A stretch of 64,000 bases of DNA from the NCBI GenBank assembly GCA_963813335.1, contig CAWEYL010000003.1, forward strand, positions 32,001-96,000, read 5' to 3'. Source of the stretch: an uncultured Chloroflexia bacterium (GTDB lineage: Bacteria > Chloroflexota > Limnocylindria > Limnocylindrales > CSP1-4). The translations under genes and the position numbers were made by a program. The notes under the pieces were generated by a model. It made no database searches, was not told where the DNA came from, and saw only the letters and a program-made list of their open reading frames with translations. Below are positions 55,683-64,000 of this stretch, one piece after another; the first letter of the stretch is position 1; each line of letters opens with the position of its first letter.

Positions 55683-56305
55683 CGCCGGAGGGTAGCACGG
55701 GACGCCCCACCGGCCGGTCCGCCGGGGTCTGGCGGCGGCGGCAGGACCGACAGGTGGATGGCCTCGCCGGCCGCCGGGAAGGCCACGGTCTCCGCCGCGC
55801 GGCCCATGCCGAGCGCGAGCGCCAGCCGGAGCGGCCCCGCGTGCGACACGACGAGGGCCGGCCGCGGGTCGGCGAGCAGCGCCGACCACGCCTCGCGGAC
55901 GCGCGCCTGCAGGGCGAGCGCGGTCTCGCCGCCCGGCCAGTCGATGTCGACCTCGCCCGCGGCGAGCCGCGCGGCAAGCTCCGGCTCCAGCGCGGCCAGC
56001 TCGTCGAAGGTCAGCCCTTCCGCCCGGCCGCAGTCCGACTCGCGCCAGCGCGCGTCGACGACCGGCGGTCCCATCCCGGCGGCGGCCGCGATCGCCTCGG
56101 CGGTCGCGAGCGCGCGGATGAGCGGGCTCGAGACGATCCGGGTGCCCGGCGCCAGGAGCGGGCCCAGCTCGGCCGCCAGGAGCCCGGCGGCGAGCCGGCC
56201 CGCGTCGTCCAGCGGCGGATCGCTCCGACCGCAGTAGCGCTGCCCGGTCCACGCCGTCGACGCGTGCCGGACGAGGCTGACGGGGATCCGCATGGGGTGC
56301 TGCAT
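55679..56305 (-). CDS. cobC: Histidine phosphatase, probable alpha-ribazole/adenosylcobalamin phosphatase
   Basis: LVRHA, SSPLIRA, GGET, VSHAG; follows cobT. Confidence 0.75.
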   Translation of the reverse strand: MQHPMRIPVSLVRHASTAWTGQRYCGRSDPPLDDAGRLAAGLLAAELGPLLAPGTRIVSSPLIRALATAEAIAAAAGMGPPVVDARWRESDCGRAEGLTFDELAALEPELAARLAAGEVDIDWPGGETALALQARVREAWSALLADPRPALVVSHAGPLRLALALGMGRAAETVAFPAAGEAIHLSVLPPPPDPGGPAGGASRATLRR

Positions 56306-56309
56306 CGGG

Positions 56310-57452
56310 TCAGGGCCTCTCGTCGCCGGACGGACCGGCGATCGCGGCCGATTCGAAGGTCGCCATACCGTCGCGGATCCGGACCGCGGCGTCGACGAGG
56401 CCCAGCGCGAGGGCGGCACCCGACCCCTCGCCGAGCCGGAGGTCGAGCTCGAGCAGCGGCCGGAGGCCCAGCCGCTCGAGGACGATCGCGTGGCCGGGCT
56501 CCACCGACCGGTGCGAGGCGATGAGCCGCGGGCCGATGTCCGGCCCGAGGGCGACCGCGATCAGGGCCGCCGCCCCCGTGATGAACCCGTCGAGCACGAC
56601 CGGGCGGCGCCTGGCGGCCGCGGCGACGATGACCCCGACCAGCAGCGCGATCTCGAGGCCGCCGACCGCGGCGAGGACCCCGAGCGGGTCGGCCGGGTCG
56701 GGCCGGTGCAGGGCGATCGCCCGTTCGATCGCGAGGACCTTGCGACGGCGTCCCTCGTCGTCGACGCCGGTCCCCCGCCCCGTCACCGCGTCCGGCGGGG
56801 TCCCGGTCATGACCGCCGCGATCGCGCTCGCCGCGGTCGTGTTGCCGATGCCCATCTCGCCCAGCCCCACGATGTCGGCATCCGAGAGCTCGCCCGTCTC
56901 GGCGAGGGCCAGGCCGATGGCCACCGCGCGGAGCGCCTCGTCCGCGGTCATGGCCGCGCCGACGGTCATGTCAGCGGTTCCGCTACGGACGCGAGCGCTG
57001 ACCAGCCGGCCGCCCGCGGCGCCCGGCGCCGCCGGCGGGATCGGTCCCGCCACGCCGACGTCGACGACCGTCACGCTCGCCCCGACCCCGGCCGCGAGCA
57101 CGTTGATGGCGGCGCCGCCGGCCACGAAGTTGGCGACCATCTGGGCCGTCACCGCGGACGGGTAGGCGGAGACGCCCTGGGCCGTGACGCCATGGTCGGC
57201 GGCGGCCACGACGATCGCCTTCCGGGCGACGGCGGCGTCGGTTCGGCCGGTGACGCCGGCCAGCTGGACGACCAGGTCTTCGAGCCGGCCGAGGCTGCCG
57301 GGCGGCTTGGTCAGCCGGTCCAGGCCCGCGCCGGCGGCGGCCATGGCCGCCGTGTCGAGCGGCCCGATCCGCGCCAGCACCGCGTCGAGGGCCGCCCGGT
57401 CGGCGGCGGCGGTCACGGGCGAGGCGCCCGTCGGCAGGTCCGTGCGCGTCAC
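56310..57452 (-). CDS. cobT: Nicotinate-nucleotide--dimethylbenzimidazole phosphoribosyltransferase
   Basis: LTKPPGSLGRLE, AADHGV, GEMGIGNTT, GGLEIA, LRLGEGSGA. Confidence 0.96.
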   Translation of the reverse strand: MTRTDLPTGASPVTAAADRAALDAVLARIGPLDTAAMAAAGAGLDRLTKPPGSLGRLEDLVVQLAGVTGRTDAAVARKAIVVAAADHGVTAQGVSAYPSAVTAQMVANFVAGGAAINVLAAGVGASVTVVDVGVAGPIPPAAPGAAGGRLVSARVRSGTADMTVGAAMTADEALRAVAIGLALAETGELSDADIVGLGEMGIGNTTAASAIAAVMTGTPPDAVTGRGTGVDDEGRRRKVLAIERAIALHRPDPADPLGVLAAVGGLEIALLVGVIVAAAARRRPVVLDGFITGAAALIAVALGPDIGPRLIASHRSVEPGHAIVLERLGLRPLLELDLRLGEGSGAALALGLVDAAVRIRDGMATFESAAIAGPSGDERP

Positions 57453-57994
57453 GCGCCGGTCCCGCCCTTGAGCCGGAGCGGCAGGCCGGCGGCCATGAGG
57501 AACGCCTCGTCCGCCCTGGCCGCGATCCGCTGGTGGGTGAGCCCGACGAGGTCGCGGAACGCGCGCGCGCCGGCGTCCATCGGCACCATCCCGAGGCCGA
57601 GCTCGTCGCTGACGATGACGGCCGGCCCGGTGCGGCGGTCAAGCGCGTCGAGCGCCGCCGCGAGCGGGCCGTCCAGGATGGGGTCGGGGTCGCCAGGCGC
57701 ATCGCCGACCAGGGCGCTCAGCCAGAGCATGAACCCGTCGATCAGAAGCGGCTCCGCAGGATCGGTCGATGCGATCGCAGCCGCCAGGTCGTCGCCGACG
57801 TCGACGGTCGGCCACGTGGCGGGACGGGCGCGACGGTGGCGGGCGATGCGATCGTCGAGCTCGGGGTCGCCGGGCCGGGCCGTCGCCAGGAACCAGGCCC
57901 GGCCGCCGCCGGCCAGGCGTTCCGTGGCGGCGAGACCGAACCGGCTCTTGCCGCTCCGCGTGCCGCCGAGGACGAGGATCAGGGGCCGGGCCAT
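57449..57994 (-). CDS. cobU: Adenosylcobinamide kinase/guanylyltransferase
   Basis: GGTRSGKS, RIARHRRARP..W, VSDELGLGMVP, AGLPL. Confidence 0.93.
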   Translation of the reverse strand: MARPLILVLGGTRSGKSRFGLAATERLAGGGRAWFLATARPGDPELDDRIARHRRARPATWPTVDVGDDLAAAIASTDPAEPLLIDGFMLWLSALVGDAPGDPDPILDGPLAAALDALDRRTGPAVIVSDELGLGMVPMDAGARAFRDLVGLTHQRIAARADEAFLMAAGLPLRLKGGTGA

Positions 57995-57995
57995 C

Positions 57996-58841
57996 TCAGC
58001 CGGCGCCCGTCGTGCGCACGATCGCCGCTGCCAGCGCGGTGGCGACGAGGACGGCCGCGAATGTCGATTCGACCGTCGCCCCGAGCCCGTCCCCGTCGAG
58101 CTGCCCGCGACGCCCGACGATCAGCCACGACCCCGCCAGACCGGCGGTCGCGCCCGTCAACGCGCCGATCGCGATCGCCGGACCGTCCCCGCCCGGGCCG
58201 GCGAGGAGCACGAGGAGCGTGACGATGAGCGCCGCCGACGCGGCCGCGATGGCCGCGTCCGACACCCGCAGGCGCTCGCAGAACCAGGTGCCGAGGCGTC
58301 CAGCGGCGCGGGACCGCAGCGCCAGGCTCGCGACGACCGCGACGGCCCGGGAGACGGCCCCGGCCGCGATGCACGCCAGCGCGGCGGCGGTCGGCCCGGC
58401 GGCGCTCGCCAGCGCGGACAGGGCCACGACGTCGAGCACGAGGACGAGGACGAGCGCGACCACTCCGCCCGGTCCCGTGGCCGGGTCGGTGCGGGCGGCC
58501 TCGGCGCGGGACGGATCGGGCGCCAGCAGCGCGTCCGCGGTGTCGGCCAGGCCGTCGAGATGGATCGCCCCCGAGACGACGGCCGCGACCCCGATCGCCA
58601 TGGCCGCCGCCACGGTCGGTTCGAGCCCGCCGACGAGCAGCATCGGCACGCCGCCTGCGGCACCGACCAGGCCACCGACGAGGCCGAACGCGGCCGCACC
58701 CGTGGACGTCGCGGCCGCGGCACCGGCGCGCGACCCGAGCGGGAGGCGCGTCAGGAAGCCGAGCGCCGCCGCGACCGCGCCGGCCACGTCGAGCGGGCTG
58801 CGTCGGGCGGCCACGACGAGGCGGGACTCCTCGATGCTCAC
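57996..58841 (-). CDS. cobS: Cobalamin synthase (adenosylcobinamide-GDP ribazoletransferase)
   Basis: FLTRLP, GAIHLDGLADTADAL, GQLDGDGLGA. Confidence 0.92.
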   Translation of the reverse strand: MSIEESRLVVAARRSPLDVAGAVAAALGFLTRLPLGSRAGAAAATSTGAAAFGLVGGLVGAAGGVPMLLVGGLEPTVAAAMAIGVAAVVSGAIHLDGLADTADALLAPDPSRAEAARTDPATGPGGVVALVLVLVLDVVALSALASAAGPTAAALACIAAGAVSRAVAVVASLALRSRAAGRLGTWFCERLRVSDAAIAAASAALIVTLLVLLAGPGGDGPAIAIGALTGATAGLAGSWLIVGRRGQLDGDGLGATVESTFAAVLVATALAAAIVRTTGAG

Positions 58842-59601
58842 GCGGCACCCACCGGCAGGCGCACGAGCGCGGGGTCGACGCCGAACACCTCGCGGATGCG
58901 CTGGGCGTCGAGGGTGGTCGACGGCGGCCCGTCGGCGACGACGGCGCCGCGGTCCATGGCCACGATCCTCGGGAAGAAATGGGCCGCCAGCGCGAGGTCG
59001 TGGAGGACGGCGACGACCGTGGTGCCGTCGCGCTCGTTGAGGTCGACGAGCAGCTGCATGACCTCCACCTGGTGGCGGATGTCGAGGTGCGCGGTCGGCT
59101 CGTCGAGGACGAGGATCGGCGCCGCCTGGGCGAGGGCGAGGGCGACGAAGACGAGCTGGCGCTCGCCCATCGACAGCTCCCGGGCGTCTCGTCGCCGGAG
59201 GTGTCCGATGCCCACGCGCTCGATCGCGGCATCGATGGCGGCGTGGTCGGTCGGCCGCAGGCCGGTCAGCGGCGGCTCGTGCGGCAGCCGGCCCAGCCCG
59301 ACGACCTCCTCGACCGACATCTCGAACGGCAGCTGGGCGATCTCCGGGACGACGGCGATCGTGCGCGCGATGGTGCGCCGGTCCAGCCCGCCGATCGGCG
59401 AGCCGTCGAGCGCCACGTGGCCGGTCCTCGGAGCGAGGACGCCGGTCAGCGCGCGCAGCAAGGTCGACTTGCCGGCACCGTTCGGGCCGACGAGCGCCAG
59501 CCGCTCGCCACGGGCAACCGACAGCGACACGTCGGTGACGATCCGCCGCTCGCCGTAGGCCACCCCAAGGCGGTCGCCGACAGGATCGCCGTGCCGCTCA
59601 C
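58838..59601 (-). CDS. btuD: Cobalamin ABC transporter ATP-binding protein; apparent frameshift at ~59575
   Basis: GPNGAGKST, LSMGERQ, LDEPTAHLD, VLHDL; operon context. Confidence 0.85.
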
Positions 59602-60671
59602 AGCTCGTAGCCCGTGCGCGTCCGGGTCAGCAGGACCAGGAAGAATGGCGCGCCGATCAGCGCCATGACCACACCGACCGGGATGTCGCCGGCCAGTCGC
59701 GCGACGAGATCGGCCGCCGAGAGCAGGACCGCCCCATAGATCGCCGAGAGCGGGATCAGGCGCCGCGCGGATGGACCGGCGAGCATCCGAACGCCGTGGG
59801 GCACGACAAGGCCGACGAAGCCGATCAGGCCGCTGATCGCGACCGCCGCCGCGGTGCTGAGCGAGGCGGCCGCCAGCAGGATCCGCCGCTCGCGGCGCAC
59901 GTCGAAGCCCAGGTGGACCGCGGTGGCGTCGCCGAGCAGGAACCCATCGAGCGAGCGCGATCGGAGCCCGACCACGATCGTCGCCCCCAGGATCAGCGGG
60001 GTCGCGATGGCCAGCCGGCTCCAGGAGGCGCCGCCCAGCCCTCCCAGGAGGAACGAGAAGATCTCGCGGAGGTTGGAGCCGGAGAGGTACATGATCATCG
60101 TGAGCAGCGCCGCGAGCACCGAACTGACGGCGTAGCCGGTCAGGAGCAGCCTGGTCAATCCGGCCGCCCCGGCGCCACCGACGCGGAGCACGAGGTAGGC
60201 GGTCAGCAGCGCGCCCGCGAAGGCGAGCCCGTTCACCACGCCGAACTCGACCATCACCAGGTGGATGGGCACGAGGACGCCGATCGCGGCCCCGAGCGCC
60301 GCCCCGGACGCGGTCCCCAGGATGTACGGGTCGGCGAGCGGATTGCGGACGACACCCTGGAGGGTCGCGCCCGCGACCGCGAGCCCCGCGCCGACGAGCA
60401 TCGCCGTGAGCACGCGGGGCACGCGCAGGTCCCACACGATGGTCTCGGTCGCGGCGGTCCACGCATGTCCGCTATCGATGCCGAGCAGGCGCCAGAGGAT
60501 GACGCCCACGGTGTCGCTCGGACTGATCCGGACGGACCCGAGCGACACGCCCGCCACCAGCAGGACGAACAGGCCGATGACGCCGAGGGCCGCGATCAGC
60601 CCTGGACGGCCGCGGAGGCGGCCGGCGAGGCCGACCGTCCCCAGGTCCGCCGAGATCGTGGAGGCCGACAT
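59598..60671 (-). CDS. btuC: FecCD/BtuC-family permease
   Basis: RVPRV, RNPLADPYILG, GLIGFVGLVVPH, IPVG, GAPFF. Confidence 0.9.
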   Translation of the reverse strand: MSASTISADLGTVGLAGRLRGRPGLIAALGVIGLFVLLVAGVSLGSVRISPSDTVGVILWRLLGIDSGHAWTAATETIVWDLRVPRVLTAMLVGAGLAVAGATLQGVVRNPLADPYILGTASGAALGAAIGVLVPIHLVMVEFGVVNGLAFAGALLTAYLVLRVGGAGAAGLTRLLLTGYAVSSVLAALLTMIMYLSGSNLREIFSFLLGGLGGASWSRLAIATPLILGATIVVGLRSRSLDGFLLGDATAVHLGFDVRRERRILLAAASLSTAAAVAISGLIGFVGLVVPHGVRMLAGPSARRLIPLSAIYGAVLLSAADLVARLAGDIPVGVVMALIGAPFFLVLLTRTRTGYEL

Positions 60672-60681
60672 CAGCGCACCG

Positions 60682-61731
60682 TCACGGCGTCGGCGGCAGC
60701 GTGATGTCGGGGTACATCGCGAGCGTCAGGTTGCGCAGCCCGATGGGCAGGCGCGGGCCGGGCCGGGTGATCTCGGTGTCGTTGACCGGGCGGATGTCGC
60801 CCTCCTTCACCGCGGTCAGGACGTCCCAGCCGTTGCGCTTGGCGATCTCGCCGGCGGTCGGCTTGTAGAAGGCGTTGACCCCCACGATGATCACCTGCGG
60901 GTCGCGCTCGATGAGCGTCTCCAGCGGGATCTCGTAGGTGGTCGGGTCTGTGGTGATCACGTCGACCCCGAGCAGCCCGACCATCTCGGCGAGGAACGAG
61001 CCCTTGGCGGGGCCATAGATCTGCCCGGTGTCGGGCAGGTAGCCGACGTCGTAGAAGACCCGCGGCGTGGCACCCGAGGCGGTCGCGGCGGCCGACGCCG
61101 CGGTCGAGACGGCATCGACGTCCTTGCGCATGCCGGCGGTCATCGCGTCGGCCTCGGCCGACCGCCCGGTCGCGTCGCCGAGCAGCTCGATGTCCTTGTA
61201 GACCCCGTCGATCGTCGGTGCATAGATGACCAGGACCGGGATGCCCAGCGAGCGGAGCCTGGTGATCGCGTCGGCCGGGGTGAAGCCGAGCCCGCCGGCG
61301 ATCACGAGGTCGGGGTCCAGGGCGACGACCTTCTCGACGTCGACCGAGGCGAACGTCGCGACGTCGGGGAGCGGCACGGCCTCGGCCGGGTAGTCGGTGC
61401 CGTCGTCGGTCGCGACGACCCGGTCCCCGGCGCCGATCGCGAAGAGGGTCTCGGTGGCAGCCGGGGTCAGGGTGACGACCCTGTGCGGCTCGGCATCCAG
61501 CGTGACGGTGGTGCCCTCGTCATCGCTCAGGCTGACCGGGAAGGCCGGGGCGGGTGTGGGGCTGGCGGTGGGGAGCGGCGTGGCGGTCGGCGCCGTCGCG
61601 GGGACCGGGGTCGCCGTGGCGAGCGCGACGCTTGGCGAGGCGCCGGCGCTGCTGCACGCGCCGCTCAGGACGGCGAGGAGCGGCAGAAGGACCAGCACAC
61701 GGCGGAGCGACGGGCGTGGGGACGGTGACAT
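60682..61731 (-). CDS. btuF: Cobalamin-binding ABC substrate-binding lipoprotein
   Basis: Lipobox LSGAC, RVVTLTPAATETLFAIG, ITRPGPRL; downstream of the cobalamin riboswitch. Confidence 0.88.
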   Translation of the reverse strand: MSPSPRPSLRRVLVLLPLLAVLSGACSSAGASPSVALATATPVPATAPTATPLPTASPTPAPAFPVSLSDDEGTTVTLDAEPHRVVTLTPAATETLFAIGAGDRVVATDDGTDYPAEAVPLPDVATFASVDVEKVVALDPDLVIAGGLGFTPADAITRLRSLGIPVLVIYAPTIDGVYKDIELLGDATGRSAEADAMTAGMRKDVDAVSTAASAAATASGATPRVFYDVGYLPDTGQIYGPAKGSFLAEMVGLLGVDVITTDPTTYEIPLETLIERDPQVIIVGVNAFYKPTAGEIAKRNGWDVLTAVKEGDIRPVNDTEITRPGPRLPIGLRNLTLAMYPDITLPPTP

Positions 61732-61839
61732 CGGGCGAGAGCCTCAGGACGGGATCGGCGAGGTCGCGCGGCGTACGCGGGACCCTCGCTTCTGACATGG
61801 GGAAGCGAGGCGCCTATCCGGTGGGGTACACGGTCCTGC

Positions 61840-61960
61840 CTACCTTTCTCTCGAAGGTTCGAGCATGCACCGTGAGGTCGGCGACCGGACTTCCGCCCCC
61901 GGAGGGGCGGTCACCGTAGCGGGACTGTGCCGGAATCGCACCGGCTTCGCGACCACGCGG
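61840..61960 (-). promoter_or_regulatory. Cobalamin riboswitch
   Basis: Minus strand reads GGTCGCGAAGCCGGTGCGATTCCGGCACAGTCCCGCTACGGTGA...GAAGTCCGGTCGCCGACC (B12-box-like); downstream hairpin at 61784-61810; TACGCT -10-like hexamer at 61984-61989; precedes btu/cob genes. Confidence 0.9.
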
Positions 61961-62108
61961 CGTGGTTCTCGGGTGTCGGCCGGAGCGTAGCACACGAGCC
62001 CCGTCGCTCGATCCCGCCGGCCGGATAAGGGCGGGATAAGCGCTCCCTGCGAGGATGGCCGCCTCGCCTCCCCGCCGCGTCTCGACCGCCGGGGGAGGTC
62101 AAGCCGTC

Positions 62109-63269
62109 ATGGTGGGACATCGGTGGGGTCGAACCCTTGCACCCGGGATCGTGGCCCTCGGCGGGCTGGCGATGGTCGCGACCTCGACGCAGGCCGCGCG
62201 GGACCGTCCGTGGGCACCGCCCGACTGCCCCGGCGGTGGCGCGGCACGGGTGGCGATCGCGCGCGCCGCAGACCCGCCCGACCCGGCATCGGTCGCGGGC
62301 GAGCCCTGGTTCCGCGCGGACCCGCGACTCGACGGCGCGGGCGCGCTGGACGGCCAGCGACTGACGGTCGGCCGCCGCGGCGGCGGCGCACCGGCGACGC
62401 TCGATCTGCCCGCAGAGTCGTTCGCCGCCGGACCGTTCGGGGACCTGATCCTGGTGGGTGAGGACGATGGCATCACGTCCGCCCTGGCGACGCTCGACCT
62501 CGCCGCCGGCTGCCGCTCGACGGTCGACTCGACGGCGGACGTCATCCGCCGCGCGACGGTCAGCCCGGACGGCTCCACCGTCTACGAGAGCCGGGTCGCC
62601 CGGGCCACCCGGGCGGATCTCGGCATCTGGTCGCGGCCCCTCGACGGGGACGGACCCGCCCGGCGCGTGCTGCCGCCGCTGGAGCCGGACGACCGCTTCG
62701 GGCGGACCTGGTCGACCGGGTTCACGTGGTCCGACGGGGGCGACCGGCTCGCCATCCAGACCTGCGGCCAGGTCGCCTGCCGGACGAGGCTGCTCGACCC
62801 GTCGGACGGGTCGTCGCGGCTCGTCGACGACCCGGCCCTCGGGCTCCTCGTCGGCGTGACCAGGGACCGCCTGATCGCGCACGAGGCCTGCCGCGGGTTC
62901 CCCTGCCCGCTCGTCGCCACGGACCTCGCGAGCGGCGATCGGCAGGTCCTTGCCGAGGATGCCGGCCCGGCTGTCCTCGCGTCCGATGGGGGCGCCACAC
63001 GGGTGGTCCACGAGACCGCCGCCGGTGCCGGCCGCCGGTTGCGGGCCATCGCCGCGGACGGGTCGATCGCGACCGATCTCGGCGCCATCCCCGACGGCCT
63101 CGCGCTCGGCGGGACCGGCGGCGACTCGGACGGCGGCCTCCGGCTGCCGTCCGGCTGGGTCCTGCTGGCGCCGGACGGCCGGTTGCCGCTCGACTCCGTG
63201 GATCCCCGCCTCACCCTCCGCCAGGTCCGGGACGGCCGCGCCGTCCGACTCGACGAGGTGCCGCGATGA
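62109..63269 (+). CDS. Secreted hypothetical protein, beta-propeller-like
   Basis: GGAGG RBS, signal-peptide-like segment, TVSPDGSTVY and WSDGGDRLAI repeats, CxxxxC pairs. Confidence 0.7.
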   Translation: MVGHRWGRTLAPGIVALGGLAMVATSTQAARDRPWAPPDCPGGGAARVAIARAADPPDPASVAGEPWFRADPRLDGAGALDGQRLTVGRRGGGAPATLDLPAESFAAGPFGDLILVGEDDGITSALATLDLAAGCRSTVDSTADVIRRATVSPDGSTVYESRVARATRADLGIWSRPLDGDGPARRVLPPLEPDDRFGRTWSTGFTWSDGGDRLAIQTCGQVACRTRLLDPSDGSSRLVDDPALGLLVGVTRDRLIAHEACRGFPCPLVATDLASGDRQVLAEDAGPAVLASDGGATRVVHETAAGAGRRLRAIAADGSIATDLGAIPDGLALGGTGGDSDGGLRLPSGWVLLAPDGRLPLDSVDPRLTLRQVRDGRAVRLDEVPR

Positions 63270-64000
63270 CGCGCTTCTCCCCGTTCGCGGTCTGCCGTCC
63301 GGCCATCGCCGCAGCCCTCCTGGTCCTCGCGGCGCTCGCGGCCGATGCCCTTGCCGCCTCGGCCCACGGCGCGGATCCGGCGCTCGGCGGCGGGCTGTTC
63401 GACCAGAACCAGGCGCTGCGCTTCTCCTGGCGAACCGGCGCGGAACCCGCGGCGGCCCTCAAGACCGCGATCCGGGCGGCCGCGGCCGACGCCACGGCCA
63501 GTCGGGCGTCGAGGGCGGCGTCGTTCGTCTACGACGCCGGCGGTCCCAACCCGATCGGTTACGGGGCGGGCGCTCCGTGCGGGGTCAACGGGCTGGCATG
63601 CTTCACCCGGAGCGCGCCGGACGGCTTCACGATGTGGTTCCGCGAGCAGGGCCACGTCTTCGACTGGGGGACGCTCAAGTGGTGCCAGTCCTACAGCACG
63701 GCCCCGAGCGGCTGCTACGACGCCGAGACCATCGCGCTCGACGAGTTCGGCCACGTCGAGGGCCTCGACCACCACATCAACTACGCCGACGACCACGACT
63801 ACGAGGACGCGGTCGTGCAGACCTTCTCGCGGACCAAGCCATCGAGCGGCTGGAACGCCCACGCGTTCGGCCCGTGCGACACGACAACGCTGCAGCGGCG
63901 CTACGACCTGCCGAACTGGTCGACGAAGGTCTCGACCTGCCAGAACCTCGGCACGACCCTGACCCTGACCGCCTCCCCTGCCTGGGTGGCGTACGGCGCG
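63266..64000 (+). CDS. Secreted matrixin/metzincin-like protein with variant zinc motif (3'-truncated by window edge; absent from the ORF track)
   Basis: ATG overlaps the upstream stop; signal-peptide-like N-terminus; YDAETIALDEFGHVEGLDH; frame open to window end. Confidence 0.8.
   Translation, partial: MTRFSPFAVCRPAIAAALLVLAALAADALAASAHGADPALGGGLFDQNQALRFSWRTGAEPAAALKTAIRAAAADATASRASRAASFVYDAGGPNPIGYGAGAPCGVNGLACFTRSAPDGFTMWFREQGHVFDWGTLKWCQSYSTAPSGCYDAETIALDEFGHVEGLDHHINYADDHDYEDAVVQTFSRTKPSSGWNAHAFGPCDTTTLQRRYDLPNWSTKVSTCQNLGTTLTLTASPAWVAYGA

Overview
A very GC-rich, gene-dense, mostly housekeeping bacterial region. Gene content and style suggest Chloroflexota, possibly Limnocylindria-like (inference only). 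In order: end of a CpaE/MinD-like ATPase, acs, MscS, an IclR/class III aminotransferase/FAD oxidase cluster, DUF885, a degenerate DNA-methyltransferase-like protein fused to a nuclease-like domain, a TPR protein, polX, two diguanylate cyclases, an MgtE-cytosolic plus NRAMP-like pair, a long ask-birA-ECF sigma-acc-fab operon, an ABC exporter, hom-thrC-thrB, trpS, surE, a second ABC exporter, a cobalamin-riboswitch-controlled btuFCD-cobS-cobU-cobT-cobC operon and two secreted proteins. About 15 small frameshifts, several in essential genes, are most likely sequencing or assembly errors. I found no rRNA, tRNA, CRISPR array, transposase or integrase. Most interesting: (1) three dispersed ~180-190 bp intergenic elements bounded by inverted 36-bp arms that are themselves palindromes with a 7-bp spacer; (2) a lysine-less BCCP paralogue inside the acc operon resembling plant BADC regulators; (3) the pseudo-methyltransferase/nuclease fusion; (4) a structured leader that may be a metal-sensing RNA; (5) a metzincin-like protein with Asp in place of the first zinc-binding His.
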